Below, piece after piece: positions 1 to 15,000 of a stretch of 64,000 bases of DNA. The notes under the pieces are model-generated. The model was not told the origin of the DNA. It worked only from the letters and a program-made list of their open reading frames with translations, and did not search any database. The stretch's first letter is position 1. The number at the start of each line of letters is the position of its first letter. The translations under genes and the position numbers were made by a program. The stretch is from Eledone cirrhosa (Eukaryota), in NCBI GenBank assembly GCA_964016885.1, contig OZ024747.1:47926001-47990000 (forward strand), written 5' to 3'.

Positions 1-3000
1 TTCTGCCAATCCACTGCCCTCAGATAACATTTTGTGTGGGGATCTAACAATTCTGCCAATCAACTGCCCTCAGATAACATTTTGTTTGGGGATCTAACAA
101 TTCTGCCAATCAACTGCCCTCAGATAACATTTTGTCTGGGGATCTAACAATTCTGCCAATCCACTGTCCTTAGATAACATTTTGTCTGCCAATCTAACAA
201 TTCTGCCAATCCACAGCCATCAGGTAACATTTTGTTTGGGGATCTAACAATTCTGCCAATCCACTGCCCTCAGATAACATTTTGTCTGGGGATCTAACAA
301 TTCTGCCAATCCATTGCCCTCAGATAACGTTTTGCGTGGCGATCTAACAATTCTTCTAATCCACTGCCCTCAGATAACATTTTGTCTGGCAATCTAACAA
401 TTCTGCCAATCCATTGCCCTCAGATAACGTTTTGCGTGGGGATCTAACAATTCTTCTAATCCACTGCCCTCATAACATTTTGTCTGGCAATCTAACAATT
501 CTGCCAATCAACTGCCCTCAGATAACATTTTGTTTGGGGATCTAACAATTCTGTCAATCCACTGTCCTTAGATAACCTTTTGTCTGGGCATCTAACAATT
601 CTGCCAATCCACTGTCCTTAGATAACGTTTTTGTCTAGGGATCTAACAATTCTGACAATCCACTGTCTCTAGATAAGATTTTGTCTGGGGATCTAACAAT
701 TCTGCCAATCCACTCCTTAGATAACATTTTGTCTGTCAATCGGACAATTCTGCCCATCCACTGTGCTTAAATAAGATTTTGTCTGGCAATCCAACAATTC
801 TGCCAATCCACAGCTCTTAGATAACATTTTCTCTGGGGATCTAACAATTCTGCCAATCCACTGGCCTCAGATAACATTTTATCTAGGGATCTAACAATTC
901 TGCCAATCCACTGCCCTCAGATAACATTTTGTCTGGCGATCTAACAATTCTGCTAATCAACTGCCCTCAGATAACATTTTGTTTGGGGATCTAACGATTC
1001 TGCGAATCAACTGCCCTCAGATAACATTTTGTTTGGGGATCTAACAATTCTGCCAATCCACTGTCCTTAGAAAACATTTTGCGTGGGGATCTAACAATTC
1101 TTCTAATCCACTGCCCTCAGATAACATTTTGTCTGGCAATCTAACAATTCTGCCAATCCACTGTCCTTAGAAAACATTTCGTCAGGGGATCTAACCATTC
1201 TGCCAATCCACTGTCCTTAGATAACCTTTTGTCTGGGGATCTAACAATTCTGCCAATCCAGTCCTTAGATGAGATTTTCTCTGGGTGTCTAACAATTCTG
1301 CCAATCTACTGTCCTTAGATAACATTTTGTTTGGGGATCTAACAATTCTGCCAATCCACTGCCCTCAGATAACATTTTGTCTGGCAATCTAACAATTCTG
1401 CCAATCCACTGCCTTCAGATAACATTTTATCTGGGGATCTAACAATTCTGCCAATCCACTGCCCTCAAACAACATTTTGTCTGGCAATCTAACAATTCTG
1501 CCAATCCACAGCCCTCAGATAACATTTTGTCTGGCTAACAATTCTGCCAATCCACTGTCCTTAGAAAACATTGAGTCTGGGGATCTAACAATTCTGCCAA
1601 TCCACTGCCCTCAGATAACATTTTGTCTGGCAATATTACAATTTTGCCAATCCACAGCCCTGAGATAACATTTTTTCTGGCTAACAATTCTACCAATCCA
1701 CTGTCCTTAGAAAACATTTTGTCTGGGGATCCAACAATTCTGCCAATCCACTGTCCTTAGATAACATTTTGTCTGGGGATCTAACAATTCTGCCAATCCA
1801 CTGTCCTTAGATAACATTTTGTCTGGGGATCTTACAATTCTGCCAATCAACAACCCTCAGATAACATTTTGTCTGGCAATCTAACAATTCTGCCAATCTA
1901 CTGTCCTTAGATAACATTGTCTGGCAATCTAACAATTATGCCAATCCACTGTCCTTAAATAACATTTTGTCTGGCAATCTAACAATTCTGCCAATCCACT
2001 GCCCTCAGATATTTTGTCTGGCAATCTAACTATTCTGCCATTCCACAAGCCTCAGATAACATTTTGTCTGGGGATCTAACAATTCTGCCAATCCATTGCC
2101 CTTAGATATTTTGTATGGAGATCTAACAATTCTGCGAATCCACGGTGCTCAGATAACATTTTGTCTGACAATCTAACAATTCTGACAATCCACTGCCCTC
2201 AGATAACATTTTGTTTGGGGATCTAACAATTCTGCCAATCAACTGCCCTCAGATAACATTTTGTGTGGGGTTCTAACAATTCTGACAATCAACTGCCCTC
2301 AGGTAACATTTTGTTTGGGGATCTAACAATTCTGCCAATCCACTGCCCTCAGATAACATTTTGTTTGGAGATCTAACAATTCTGCCAATCAACTGCCCTC
2401 AGATAACATTTTGTGTGGGGATCTAACAATTCTGACAATCAACTGCCCACAGGTAACATTTTGTTTGGGGATCTAACAATTCTGCCAATCCAGTCCTTAG
2501 ATAACATTTTGTCTGGCAATCGGACAATTCTGCCAATCCACTGTCCTTAAATAAGATTTTGTCTGGCAATCCAACAATTCTGCCAATCCACAGCTCTTAG
2601 ATAACATTTTCTCTGGGGATCTAACAATTCTGCCAATCCACTGCCCTCAGATAACATTTTGTTTGGCGATCTAACAGTTCTGCCAATCCACTGCCTACAC
2701 ATAACATTTTGTCTGCCAATCCAGTCCTTAGATAACATTTTGTCTGGCAATCTAACAATTCTGCCAATCCACTGTCCTTAGATAACATTTTGTCTGCCAA
2801 TCTAACAATTCTGCCAATCCACAGCCATCAGGTAACATTTTGTTTGGGGATCCAACAATTCTGCCAATCCACTGCCCTCAGATAACATTTTGTCTGGGGA
2901 TCTAACAATTCTGCCAATCCATTGCCCTCGGATGTTTTGCGTGGGGATCTAACAATTCTTCTAATCCACTGCCCTCAGATAACATTTTGTCTGGCAATCT

Positions 3001-6000
3001 AACAATTCTGCCAATCCATTGCCCTCAGATAACGTTTTGCGTGGGGATCTAACAATTCTTCTAATCCACTGCCCTCAGATAACATTTTGTCTGGCAATCT
3101 AACAATTCTACCAATCAACTGCCCTCAGATAACATTTTGTGTGGGGATCTAACAATTCTGACAATCAACTGCCCTCAGGTAACATTTTGTCTGGCAATCT
3201 AACAATTCTGCCAATCAACTGCCCTCAGATAACATTTTGTTTGGGGATCTAACAATTCTGTCAATCCACTGTCCTTAGATAACCTTTTGTCTGGGGATCT
3301 AACAATTCTGCCAATCCAGTCCTTAGATAACATTTTGTCTAGGGATCTAACAATTCTGCCAATCCACTGTCCTTAGAAAACATTTTGCGTGGGGATCTAA
3401 CAATTCTTCTAATCCACTGCCCTCAGATAACATTTTGTCTGGCAATCTAACAATTCTGCCAACCTACTGTCCTTAGATAACATTTTGACTGGCAATCTAA
3501 CAATTCTGCCAATCCACTGTCCTTAGATAACATTTCGTCAGGGGATCTAACAATTCTGCCAATCCACTGTCCTTAGATAACATTTTGTCTGGGGATCTAA
3601 CAATTGTGCCAATCCACTGTCCTTAGATAACATTTTGTCGGGGATCTAACGATTCTGCGAATCAACTGCCCTCAGATAACATTTTGTTTGGGGATCTAAC
3701 GATTCTGCGAATCAACTGCCCTCAGATATCATTTTGTTTGGGGATCTAACAATTCTGCCAATGCACTGGCCTCAGATAACATTTTGTATGGGGATCTAAC
3801 AATTCTGCCAATCCACTGTCCTTAGATAACATTTTGTCTGGGGATCTAACAATTCTGTAAATTCACTGTCTCAGATAACATTTTGTCTGGGAATCTAACA
3901 ATTCTGCCAATCCACTGTCCTTAGATAAGATTTTGTCTGGGGATCTAACAATTCTGCCAATTCACTGCTCTAATATAACATTTTGTGTGGGGATCTAACA
4001 ATTCTGACAATCAACTGCCCTCAGATAACATTTTGTTTGGGGATCTAACAATTCTGTCAATCCACTGTCCTTAGATAACCTTTTGTCTGGGGATCTAACA
4101 ATTCTGCCAATCCAGTCCTTAGATGAGATTTTCTCTGGGTGTCTAACAATTCTGCCAATCTACTGTCCTTAGATAACCATTTGTCTGGGGATCTAACAAT
4201 TCTGCCAATCCAGTCCTTAGATGAGATTTTCTCTGGGTGTCTAACAATTCTGCCAATCTACTGTCCTTAGATAACATTTTGTTTGGGGATCTAACAATTC
4301 TGCCAATCCACTGCCCTCAGATAACATTTTGTCTGGCAATCTAACAATTCTGCCAATCCACTGTCTTCAGATAACATTTTGTCTGGGGATCTAACAATTC
4401 TGCCAATCCACTGCCCTCAAACAACATTTTGTTTGGCAATCTAACAATTCTGCCAATCCACAGCCCTCAGATAACATTTTGTCTGGCTAACAATTCTGCC
4501 AATCCACTGTCCTTAGAAAATATTTTGTCTGGGGATCCAACAATTCTGCCAATCCACTGTCCTTAGATAACATTTTGTCTGGGGATCTAACAATTCTGCC
4601 AATCCACTGTCCTTAGATAACATTTTGTCTGGGGATCTTACAATTCTGCCAATCAACAACCCTCAGATAACATTTTGTCTGGTAATCTAACAATTCTGCC
4701 AATTCACTGCACTCATAACATCTTGTCTGGCAATCTAACAATTCTGCCAATCTACTGTGTTAGATAACATTGTCTGGCAATCTAACAATTATGCCAATCC
4801 ACAAGCCTCAGATAACATTTTGTCTGGGGATCTAACAATTCTGCCAATCCATTGCCCTTAGATATTTTGTATGGAGATCTAACAATTCTGACAATCCACT
4901 GCCCTCAGATAACATTTTGTTTGGGGATCTAACAATTCTGCCAATCAACTGCCCTCAGATAACATTTTGTGTGGGGATCTAACAATTCTGACAATCAACT
5001 GCCCTCAGGTAACATATTGTTTGGGGATCTAACAATTCTGCCAATCCACTGCCCTCAGATAACATTTTGTCTGGAGATCTAACAATTCTGCCAATCCACT
5101 GCCCTCAGATAACATTTTGTCTGGCAATCTAATAATTCTGCCAATCCACTGCCCTCAGATAATACTTTGTCAGGGGATCTAACAATTCTGCCAATCCACT
5201 TGCCTCAGATAATATTTTGTCTGGGAATCTAACAATTCTGCCAATCTATTGCCCTCAGAAAACATTTTGTCTGGGGATCTAACAATTCTCCCAATCAACT
5301 GACCTCAGATAACATTTTGTGTGGGAATCTAACGATTCTGCCAGTCCACTGTCCTTAGATAAGATTTTGTCTGGGGATCTAACAATTCTGCCAATTCACT
5401 GCTCTAATATAACATTTTGTGTGGAAATCTAACAATTCTGCCAATCAACTGCCCTCAGATAACATTTTGTTTGGGGATCTAACAATTCTGTCAATCCACT
5501 GTCCTTAGATAACCTTTTGTCTGGGGATCTAACAATTCTGTAAATTCACTGTCTCAGATAACATTTTGTCTGGTAATCTAACAATTCTGCCAATCCACTG
5601 CCCTCAGATAACATTTTGTCTGGCGATCTAACAGTTCTGCCAATCCACTGCCTACACATAACATTTTGTCTGCCAATTCAGTCCTTAGATAACATTTTGT
5701 CCGGCAATGTAACAATTCTGCCAATCCACAGCCCTCAGGTAACATTTTGTTTGGGGATCTAACAATTCTGCCAATCCACTGCCCTCAGATAACCTTTTGT
5801 CTGGGGATCTAACAATTCTGCCAATCCATTGCCCTCAGATAACGTTTTGCGTGGGGATCTAACAATTCTTCTAATCCACTGCCCTCAGATAACATTTTGT
5901 CTGGCAATCTAACAATTCTACCAATCCATTGTACTCATAACATTTTGTCTGGCAATCTAACAATGCTGCCAATCTACTGTCCTTAGATAACATTTTGTCT

Positions 6001-9000
6001 GGCAATCTAACAATTCTGCCAATCCACTGTCCTTAGATAGCATTTTGTCTGGCAATCTAACAATTCTGCCAATCCACTGCCCTCAGATAACATTTTGTAT
6101 GGGGATCTAACAATTCTGCCAATCCACTGTCCTTAGAAAACATTTTGTCTGGTGATCTAACAATTCTACCAATCCAATCCTTAGATAACATTTTGTCTGG
6201 AAATCTAACAATTCTGCCAATCCACTGCCCTCAGATAACATTTTCTTTGGGGATCTAACAATTCTGCCAATCCACTGCCCCCAGATAACATTTTGTCTGG
6301 GGATCTAACAATTCTGCCAATCCACTGCCCTCAGATAACATTTTCTCTGGGTGTCTAACAATTCTGCCAATCCACTGTCCTTACATAAAATTTTGTCTGG
6401 GGATCTAACAATTCTGCCAATCCACTGTCCTTAGATAACGTTTTGTCTAGGGATCTAACAAGTCTGCCAATCCACTGACTTTAGATAAGATTTTGTCTGG
6501 GATCTAACAATTCTGCCAATCCAGTCCTTAGATAACATTTTGTCTGGCAATCGGACAATTCTGCCAATCCACTGTCCTTAGATAACATTTTCTCTGGGGA
6601 TCTAACAATTCTGCCAATCCACTGGCCTCAGATAACATTTTGTCTGGGGATCTAACAATTCTGCCAATCCACTGTCCTTAGATAACATTTTGTCTGGGGA
6701 TCTAACAATTCTTCTAATCCACTGCCCTCAGAAAACATTTTGTCTGGCAGTCTTACAATTCTGCCAATCAACAACCCTCAGAAAACATTTTGTCTGGCAA
6801 TCTAACAATTCTGCCAATCCACTGCCCTCAGATATTTTTTCTGGGAATCTAACTATTCTGCCATTCCACAAGCCTCAGATAACATTTTGTCTGGGGATCT
6901 AACAATTCTGCCAATCCACTGTCCTTAGATAACATTTTGTCTGGGGATCTAACAATTCTCCCAATCCACTGCCCTCAGATAACATTTGTTTGGGGATCTA
7001 ACGATTCTGCGAATCAACTGCCCTCAGATAACATTTTGTTTGGGGATCGAACGATTCTGCGAATCAACTGCCCTCAGTTAAAATTTTGTTTGGTGATCTA
7101 ACAATTCTGCCAATCCACTGCCCTTAGATAACATTTTCTCTGGGGATCTAACAATTCTGCCAATCCACTGGCCTCAGATAACATTTTGTCTGGGGATCTA
7201 ACAATTCTTCCAATCCACTGCCCTCAGATAACAATTTTGTCTGGCGATCTAACAGTTCTTCCAATCCACTGCCTACATATCACATTTTGTTTGGCAATCT
7301 AACATTTCTGCCAATCCACTGTCCTTAGATAACATTTTGTCTGGCAATCTAACAATTCTGCCAATCCACTGCCCTCAGATAACATTTTGTCTGGGGATCT
7401 AACAATTCTGCCAATTAACTGCCCTCAGATAACATTTTGTGTGGGGATCTAACAATTCTGACAATCAACTGCCCTCAGGTAACATTTTGTTTGGGGATCT
7501 AACAATTCTGCCAATCCACTGCCCTCAGATAACATTTTGTGTGGGGATCTAACAATTCTGACAATCAACTGCCCTCAGATAACATTTTGTTTGGGGATCT
7601 AACAATTCTGCCAATCAACTGCCCTCAGATAACATTTTGTCTGGGGATCTAACAATTCTGCCAATCCACTGTCCTTAGATAACATTTTGTCTGCCAATCT
7701 AACAATTCTGCCAATCCACAGCCATCAGGTAACATTTTGTTTGGGGATCTAACAATTCTGCCAATCCACTGCCCTCAGATAACATTTTGTCTGGGGATCT
7801 AACAATTCTGCCAATCCATTGCCCTCAGATAACGTTTTGCGTGGCGATCTAACAATTCTTCTAATCCACTGCCCTCAGATAACATTTTGTCTGGCAATCT
7901 AACAATTCTGCCAATCCATTGCCCTCAGATAACGTTTTGCGTGGGGATCTAACAATTCTTCTAATCCACTGCCCTCATAACATTTTGTCTGGCAATCTAA
8001 CAATTCTGCCAATCAACTGCCCTCAGATAACATTTTGTTTGGGGATCTAACAATTCTGTCAATCCACTGTCCTTAGATAACCTTTTGTCTGGGCATCTAA
8101 CAATTCTGCCAATCCACTGTCCTTAGATAACGTTTTGTCTAGGGATCTAACAATTCTGACAATCCACTGTCTCTAGATAAGATTTTGTCTGGGGATCTAA
8201 CAATTCTGCCAATCCACTCCTTAGATAACATTTTGTCTGTCAATCGGACAATTCTGCCCATCCACTGTGCTTAAATAAGATTTTGTCTGGCAATCCAACA
8301 ATTCTGCCAATCCACAGCTCTTAGATAACATTTTCTCTGGGGATCTAACAATTCTGCCAATCCACTGGCCTCAGATAACATTTTATCTAGGGATCTAACA
8401 ATTCTGCCAATCCACTGCCCTCAGATAACATTTTGTCTGGCGATCTAACAATTCTGCTAATCAACTGCCCTCAGATAACATTTTGTTTGGGGATCTAACG
8501 ATTCTGCGAATCAACTGCCCTCAGATAACATTTTGTTTGGGGATCTAACAATTCTGCCAATCCACTGTCCTTAGAAAACATTTTGCGTGGGGATCTAACA
8601 ATTCTTCTAATCCACTGCCCTCAGATAACATTTTGTCTGGCAATCTAACAATTCTGCCAATCCACTGTCCTTAGATAACATTTCGTCAGGGGATCTAACC
8701 ATTCTGCCAATCCACTGTCCTTAGATAACCTTTTGTCTGGGGATCTAACAATTCTGCCAATCCAGTCCTTAGATGAGATTTTCTCTGGGTGTCTAACAAT
8801 TCTGCCAATCTACTGTCCTTAGATAACATTTTGTTTGGGGATCTAACAATTCTGCCAATCCACTGCCCTCAGATAACATTTTGTCTGGCAATCTAACAAT
8901 TCTGCCAATCCACTGCCTTCAGATAACATTTTATCTGGGGATCTAACAATTCTGCCAATCCACTGCCCTCAAACAACATTTTGTCTGGCAATCTAACAAT

Positions 9001-12000
9001 TCTGCCAATCCACAGCCCTCAGATAACATTTTGTCTGGCTAACAATTCTGCCAATCCACTGTCCTTAGAAAACATTGAGTCTGGGGATCTAACAATTCTG
9101 CCAATCCACTGCCCTCAGATAACATTTTGTCTGGCAATATTACAATTTTGCCAATCCACAGCCCTGAGATAACATTTTTTCTGGCTAACAATTCTACCAA
9201 TCCACTGTCCTTAGAAAACATTTTGTCTGGGGATCCAACAATTCTGCCAATCCACTGTCCTTAGATAACATTTTGTCTGGGGATCTAACAATTCTGCCAA
9301 TCCACTGTCCTTAGATAACATTTTGTCTGGGGATCTTACAATTCTGCCAATCAACAACCCTCAGATAACATTTTGTCTGGCAATCTAACAATTCTGCCAA
9401 TCTACTGTCCTTAGATAACATTGTCTGGCAATCTAACAATTATGCCAATCCACTGTCCTTAAATAACATTTTGTCTGGCAATCTAACAATTCTGCCAATC
9501 CACTGCCCTCAGATATTTTGTCTGGCAATCTAACTATTCTGCCATTCCACAAGCCTCAGATAACATTTTGTCTGGGGATCTAACAATTCTGCCAATCCAT
9601 TGCCCTTAGATATTTTGTATGGAGATCTAACAATTCTGCGAATCCACGGTGCTCAGATAACATTTTGTCTGACAATCTAACAATTCTGACAATCCACTGC
9701 CCTCAGATAACATTTTGTTTGGGGATCTAACAATTCTGCCAATCAACTGCCCTCAGATAACATTTTGTGTGGGGTTATAACAATTCTGACAATCAACTGC
9801 CCTCAGGTAACATTTTGTTTGGGGATCTAACAATTCTGCCAATCCACTGCCCTCAGATAACATTTTGTCTGGAGATCTAACAATTCTGCCAATCAACTGC
9901 CCTCAGATAACATTTTGTGTGGGGATCTAACAATTCTGACAATCAACTGCCCACAGGTAACATTTTGTTTGGGGATCTAACAATTCTGCCAATCCAGTCC
10001 TTAGATAACATTTTGTCTGGCAATCGGACAATTCTGCCAATCCACTGTCCTTAAATAAGATTTTGTCTGGCAATCCAACAATTCTGCCAATCCACAGCTC
10101 TTAGATAACATTTTCTCTGGGGATCTAACAATTCTGCCAATCCACTGCCCTCAGATAACATTTTGTTTGGCGATCTAACAGTTCTGCCAATCCACTGCCT
10201 ACACATAACATTTTGTCTGCCAATCCAGTCCTTAGATAACATTTTGTCTGGCAATCTAACAATTCTGCCAATCCACTGTCCTTAGATAACATTTTGTCTG
10301 CCAATCTAACAATTCTGCCAATCCACAGCCATCAGGTAACATTTTGTTTGGGGATCCAACAATTCTGCCAATCCACTGCCCTCAGATAACATTTTGTCTG
10401 GGGATCTAACAATTCTGCCAATCCATTGCCCTCGGATGTTTTGCGTGGGGATCTAACAATTCTTCTAATCCACTGCCCTCAGATAACATTTTGTCTGGCA
10501 ATCTAACAATTCTGCCAATCCATTGCCCTCAGATAACGTTTTGCGTGGGGATCTAACAATTCTTCTAATCCACTGCCCTCAGATAACATTTTGTCTGGCA
10601 ATCTAACAATTCTACCAATCAACTGCCCTCAGATAACATTTTGTGTGGGGATCTAACAATTCTGACAATCAACTGCCCTCAGGTAACATTTTGTCTGGCA
10701 ATCTAACAATTCTGCCAATCAACTGCCCTCAGATAACATTTTGTTTGGGGATCTAACAATTCTGTCAATCCACTGTCCTTAGATAACCTTTTGTCTGGGG
10801 ATCTAACAATTCTGCCAATCCAGTCCTTAGATAACATTTTGTCTAGGGATCTAACAATTCTGCCAATCCACTGTCCTTAGAAAACATTTTGCGTGGGGAT
10901 CTAACAATTCTTCTAATCCACTGCCCTCAGATAACATTTTGTCTGGCAATCTAACAATTCTGCCAACCTACTGTCCTTAGATAACATTTTGACTGGCAAT
11001 CTAACAATTCTGCCAATCCACTGTCCTTAGATAACATTTCGTCAGGGGATCTAACAATTCTGCCAATCCACTGTCCTTAGATAACATTTTGTCTGGGGAT
11101 CTAACAATTGTGCCAATCCACTGTCCTTAGATAACATTTTGTCGGGGATCTAACGATTCTGCGAATCAACTGCCCTCAGATAACATTTTGTTTGGGGATC
11201 TAACGATTCTGCGAATCAACTGCCCTCAGATATCATTTTGTTTGGGGATCTAACAATTCTGCCAATGCACTGGCCTCAGATAACATTTTGTATGGGGATC
11301 TAACAATTCTGCCAATCCACTGTCCTTAGATAACATTTTGTCTGGGGATCTAACAATTCTGTAAATTCACTGTCTCAGATAACATTTTGTCTGGGAATCT
11401 AACAATTCTGCCAATCCACTGTCCTTAGATAAGATTTTGTCTGGGGATCTAACAATTCTGCCAATTCACTGCTCTAATATAACATTTTGTGTGGGGATCT
11501 AACAATTCTGACAATCAACTGCCCTCAGATAACATTTTGTTTGGGGATCTAACAATTCTGTCAATCCACTGTCCTTAGATAACCTTTTGTCTGGGGATCT
11601 AACAATTCTGCCAATCCAGTCCTTAGATGAGATTTTCTCTGGGTGTCTAACAATTCTGCCAATCTACTGTCCTTAGATAACCATTTGTCTGGGGATCTAA
11701 CAATTCTGCCAATCCAGTCCTTAGATGAGATTTTCTCTGGGTGTCTAACAATTCTGCCAATCTACTGTCCTTAGATAACATTTTGTTTGGGGATCTAACA
11801 ATTCTGCCAATCCACTGCCCTCAGATAACATTTTGTCTGGCAATCTAACAATTCTGCCAATCCACTGTCTTCAGATAACATTTTGTCTGGGGATCTAACA
11901 ATTCTGCCAATCCACTGCCCTCAAACAACATTTTGTTTGGCAATCTAACAATTCTGCCAATCCACAGCCCTCAGATAACATTTTGTCTGGCTAACAATTC

Positions 12001-15000
12001 TGCCAATCCACTGTCCTTAGAAAATATTTTGTCTGGGGATCTAACAATTCTGCCAATCCACTGCCCTCAGATAACATTTTGTCTGGCAATATTACAATTT
12101 TGCCAATCCACAGCCCTCAGATAACATGTTGTCTGGCTAACAATTCTGCCAATCCACTGTCCTTAGAAAACATTTTGTCTGGGGATCCAACAATTCTGCC
12201 AATCCACTGTCCTTAGATAACATTTTGTCTGGGGATCTAACAATTCTGCCAATCCACTGTCCTTAGATAACATTTTGTCTGGGGATCTTACAATTCTGCC
12301 AATCAACAACCCTCAGATAACATTTTGTCTGGTAATCTAACAATTCTGCCAATTCACTGCACTCATAACATCTTGTCTGGCAATCTAACAATTCTGCCAA
12401 TCTACTGTGTTAGATAACATTGTCTGGCAATCTAACAATTATGCCAATCCACAAGCCTCAGATAACATTTTGTCTGGGGATCTAACAATTCTGCCAATCC
12501 ATTGCCCTTAGATATTTTGTATGGAGATCTAACAATTCTGACAATCCACTGCCCTCAGATAACATTTTGTTTGGGGATCTAACAATTCTGCCAATCAACT
12601 GCCCTCAGATAACATTTTGTGTGGGGATCTAACAATTCTGACAATCAACTGCCCTCAGGTAACATATTGTTTGGGGATCTAACAATTCTGCCAATCCACT
12701 GCCCTCAGATAACATTTTGTCTGGAGATCTAACAATTCTGCCAATCCACTGCCCTCAGATAACATTTTGTCTGGCAATCTAATAATTCTGCCAATCCACT
12801 GCCCTCAGATAATACTTTGTCAGGGGATCTAACAATTCTGCCAATCCACTTGCCTCAGATAATATTTTGTCTGGGAATCTAACAATTCTGCCAATCTATT
12901 GCCCTCAGAAAACATTTTGTCTGGGGATCTAACAATTCTCCCAATCAACTGACCTCAGATAACATTTTGTGTGGGAATCTAACGATTCTGCCAGTCCACT
13001 GTCCTTAGATAAGATTTTGTCTGGGGATCTAACAATTCTGCCAATTCACTGCTCTAATATAACATTTTGTGTGGAAATCTAACAATTCTGCCAATCAACT
13101 GCCCTCAGATAACATTTTGTTTGGGGATCTAACAATTCTGTCAATCCACTGTCCTTAGATAACCTTTTGTCTGGGGATCTAACAATTCTGCCAATCCAGT
13201 CCTTAGATAACATTTTGTCTAGGGATCTAACAATTCTGCCAATCCACTGTCCTTAGAAAATATTTTGCGTGGGGATCTAACAATTCTTCTAATCCACTGC
13301 CCTCAGATAACATTTTGTCTGGCAATCTAACAATTCTGCCAACCTACTGTCCTTAGATAACATTTTGACTGGCAATCTAACAATTCTGCCAATCCACTGT
13401 CCTTAGATAACATTTCGTCAGGGGATCTAACAATTCTGCCAATCCACTGTCCTTAGATAACATTTTGTCTGGGGATCTAACAATTGTGCCAATCCACTGT
13501 CCTTAGATAACATTTTGTCGGGGATCTAACGATTCTGCGAATCAACTGCCCTCAGATAACATTTTGTTTGGGGATCTAACGATTCTGCGAATCAACTGCC
13601 CTCAGATATCATTTTGTTTGGGGATCTAACAATTCTGCCAATGCACTGGCCTCAGATAACATTTTGTATGGGGATCTAACAATTCTGCCAATCCACTGTC
13701 CTTAGATAACATTTTGTCTGGGGATCTAACAATTCTGTAAATTCACTGTCTCAGATAACATTTTGTCTGGTAATCTAACAATTCTGCCAATCCACTGCCC
13801 TCAGATAACATTTTGTCTGGCGATCTAACAGTTCTGCCAATCCACTGCCTACACATAACATTTTGTCTGCCAATTCAGTCCTTAGATAACATTTTGTCCG
13901 GCAATGTAACAATTCTGCCAATCCACAGCCCTCAGGTAACATTTTGTTTGGGGATCTAACAATTCTGCCAATCCACTGCCCTCAGATAACATTTTGTCTG
14001 GGGATCTAACAATTCTGCCAATCCATTGCCCTCAGATAACGTTTTGCGTGGGGATCTAACAATTCTTCTAATCCACTGCCCTCAGATAACATTTTGTCTG
14101 GCAATCTAACAATGCTGCCAATCTACTGTCCTTAGATAACATTTTGTCTGGCAATCTAACAATTCTGCCAATCCACTGTCCTTAGATAGCATTTTGTCTG
14201 GCAATCTAACAATTCTGCCAATCCACTGCCCTCAGATAACATTTTGTATGGGGATCTAACAATTCTGCCAATCCACTGTCCTTAGAAAACATTTTGTCTG
14301 GTGATCTAACAATTCTACCAATCCAATCCTTAGATAACATTTTGTCTGGAAATCTAACAATTCTGCCAATCCACTGCCCTCAGATAACATTTTCTTTGGG
14401 GATCTAACAATTCTGCCAATCCACTGCCCCCAGATAACATTTTGTCTGGGGATCTAACAATTCTGCCAATCCACTGCCCTCAGATAACATTTTCTCTGGG
14501 TGTCTAACAATTCTGCCAATCCACTGTCCTTACATAAAATTTTGTCTGGGGATCTAACAATTCTGCCAATCCACTGTCCTTAGATAACGTTTTGTCTAGG
14601 GATCTAACAAGTCTGCCAATCCACTGACTTTAGATAAGATTTTGTCTGGGATCTAACAATTCTGCCAATCCAGTCCTTAGATAACATTTTGTCTGGCAAT
14701 CGGACAATTCTGCCAATCCACTGTCCTTAGATAACATTTTCTCTGGGGATCTAACAATTCTGCCAATCCACTGGCCTCAGATAACATTTTGTCTGGGGAT
14801 CTAACAATTCTGCCAATCCACTGTCCTTAGATAACATTTTGTCTGGGGATCTAACAATTCTTCTAATCCACTGCCCTCAGATAACATTTTGTCTGGCAGT
14901 CTTACAATTCTGCCAATCAACAACCCTCAGAAAACATTTTGTCTGGCAATCTAACAATTCTGCCAATCCACTGCCCTCAGATATTTTTTCTGGGAATCTA

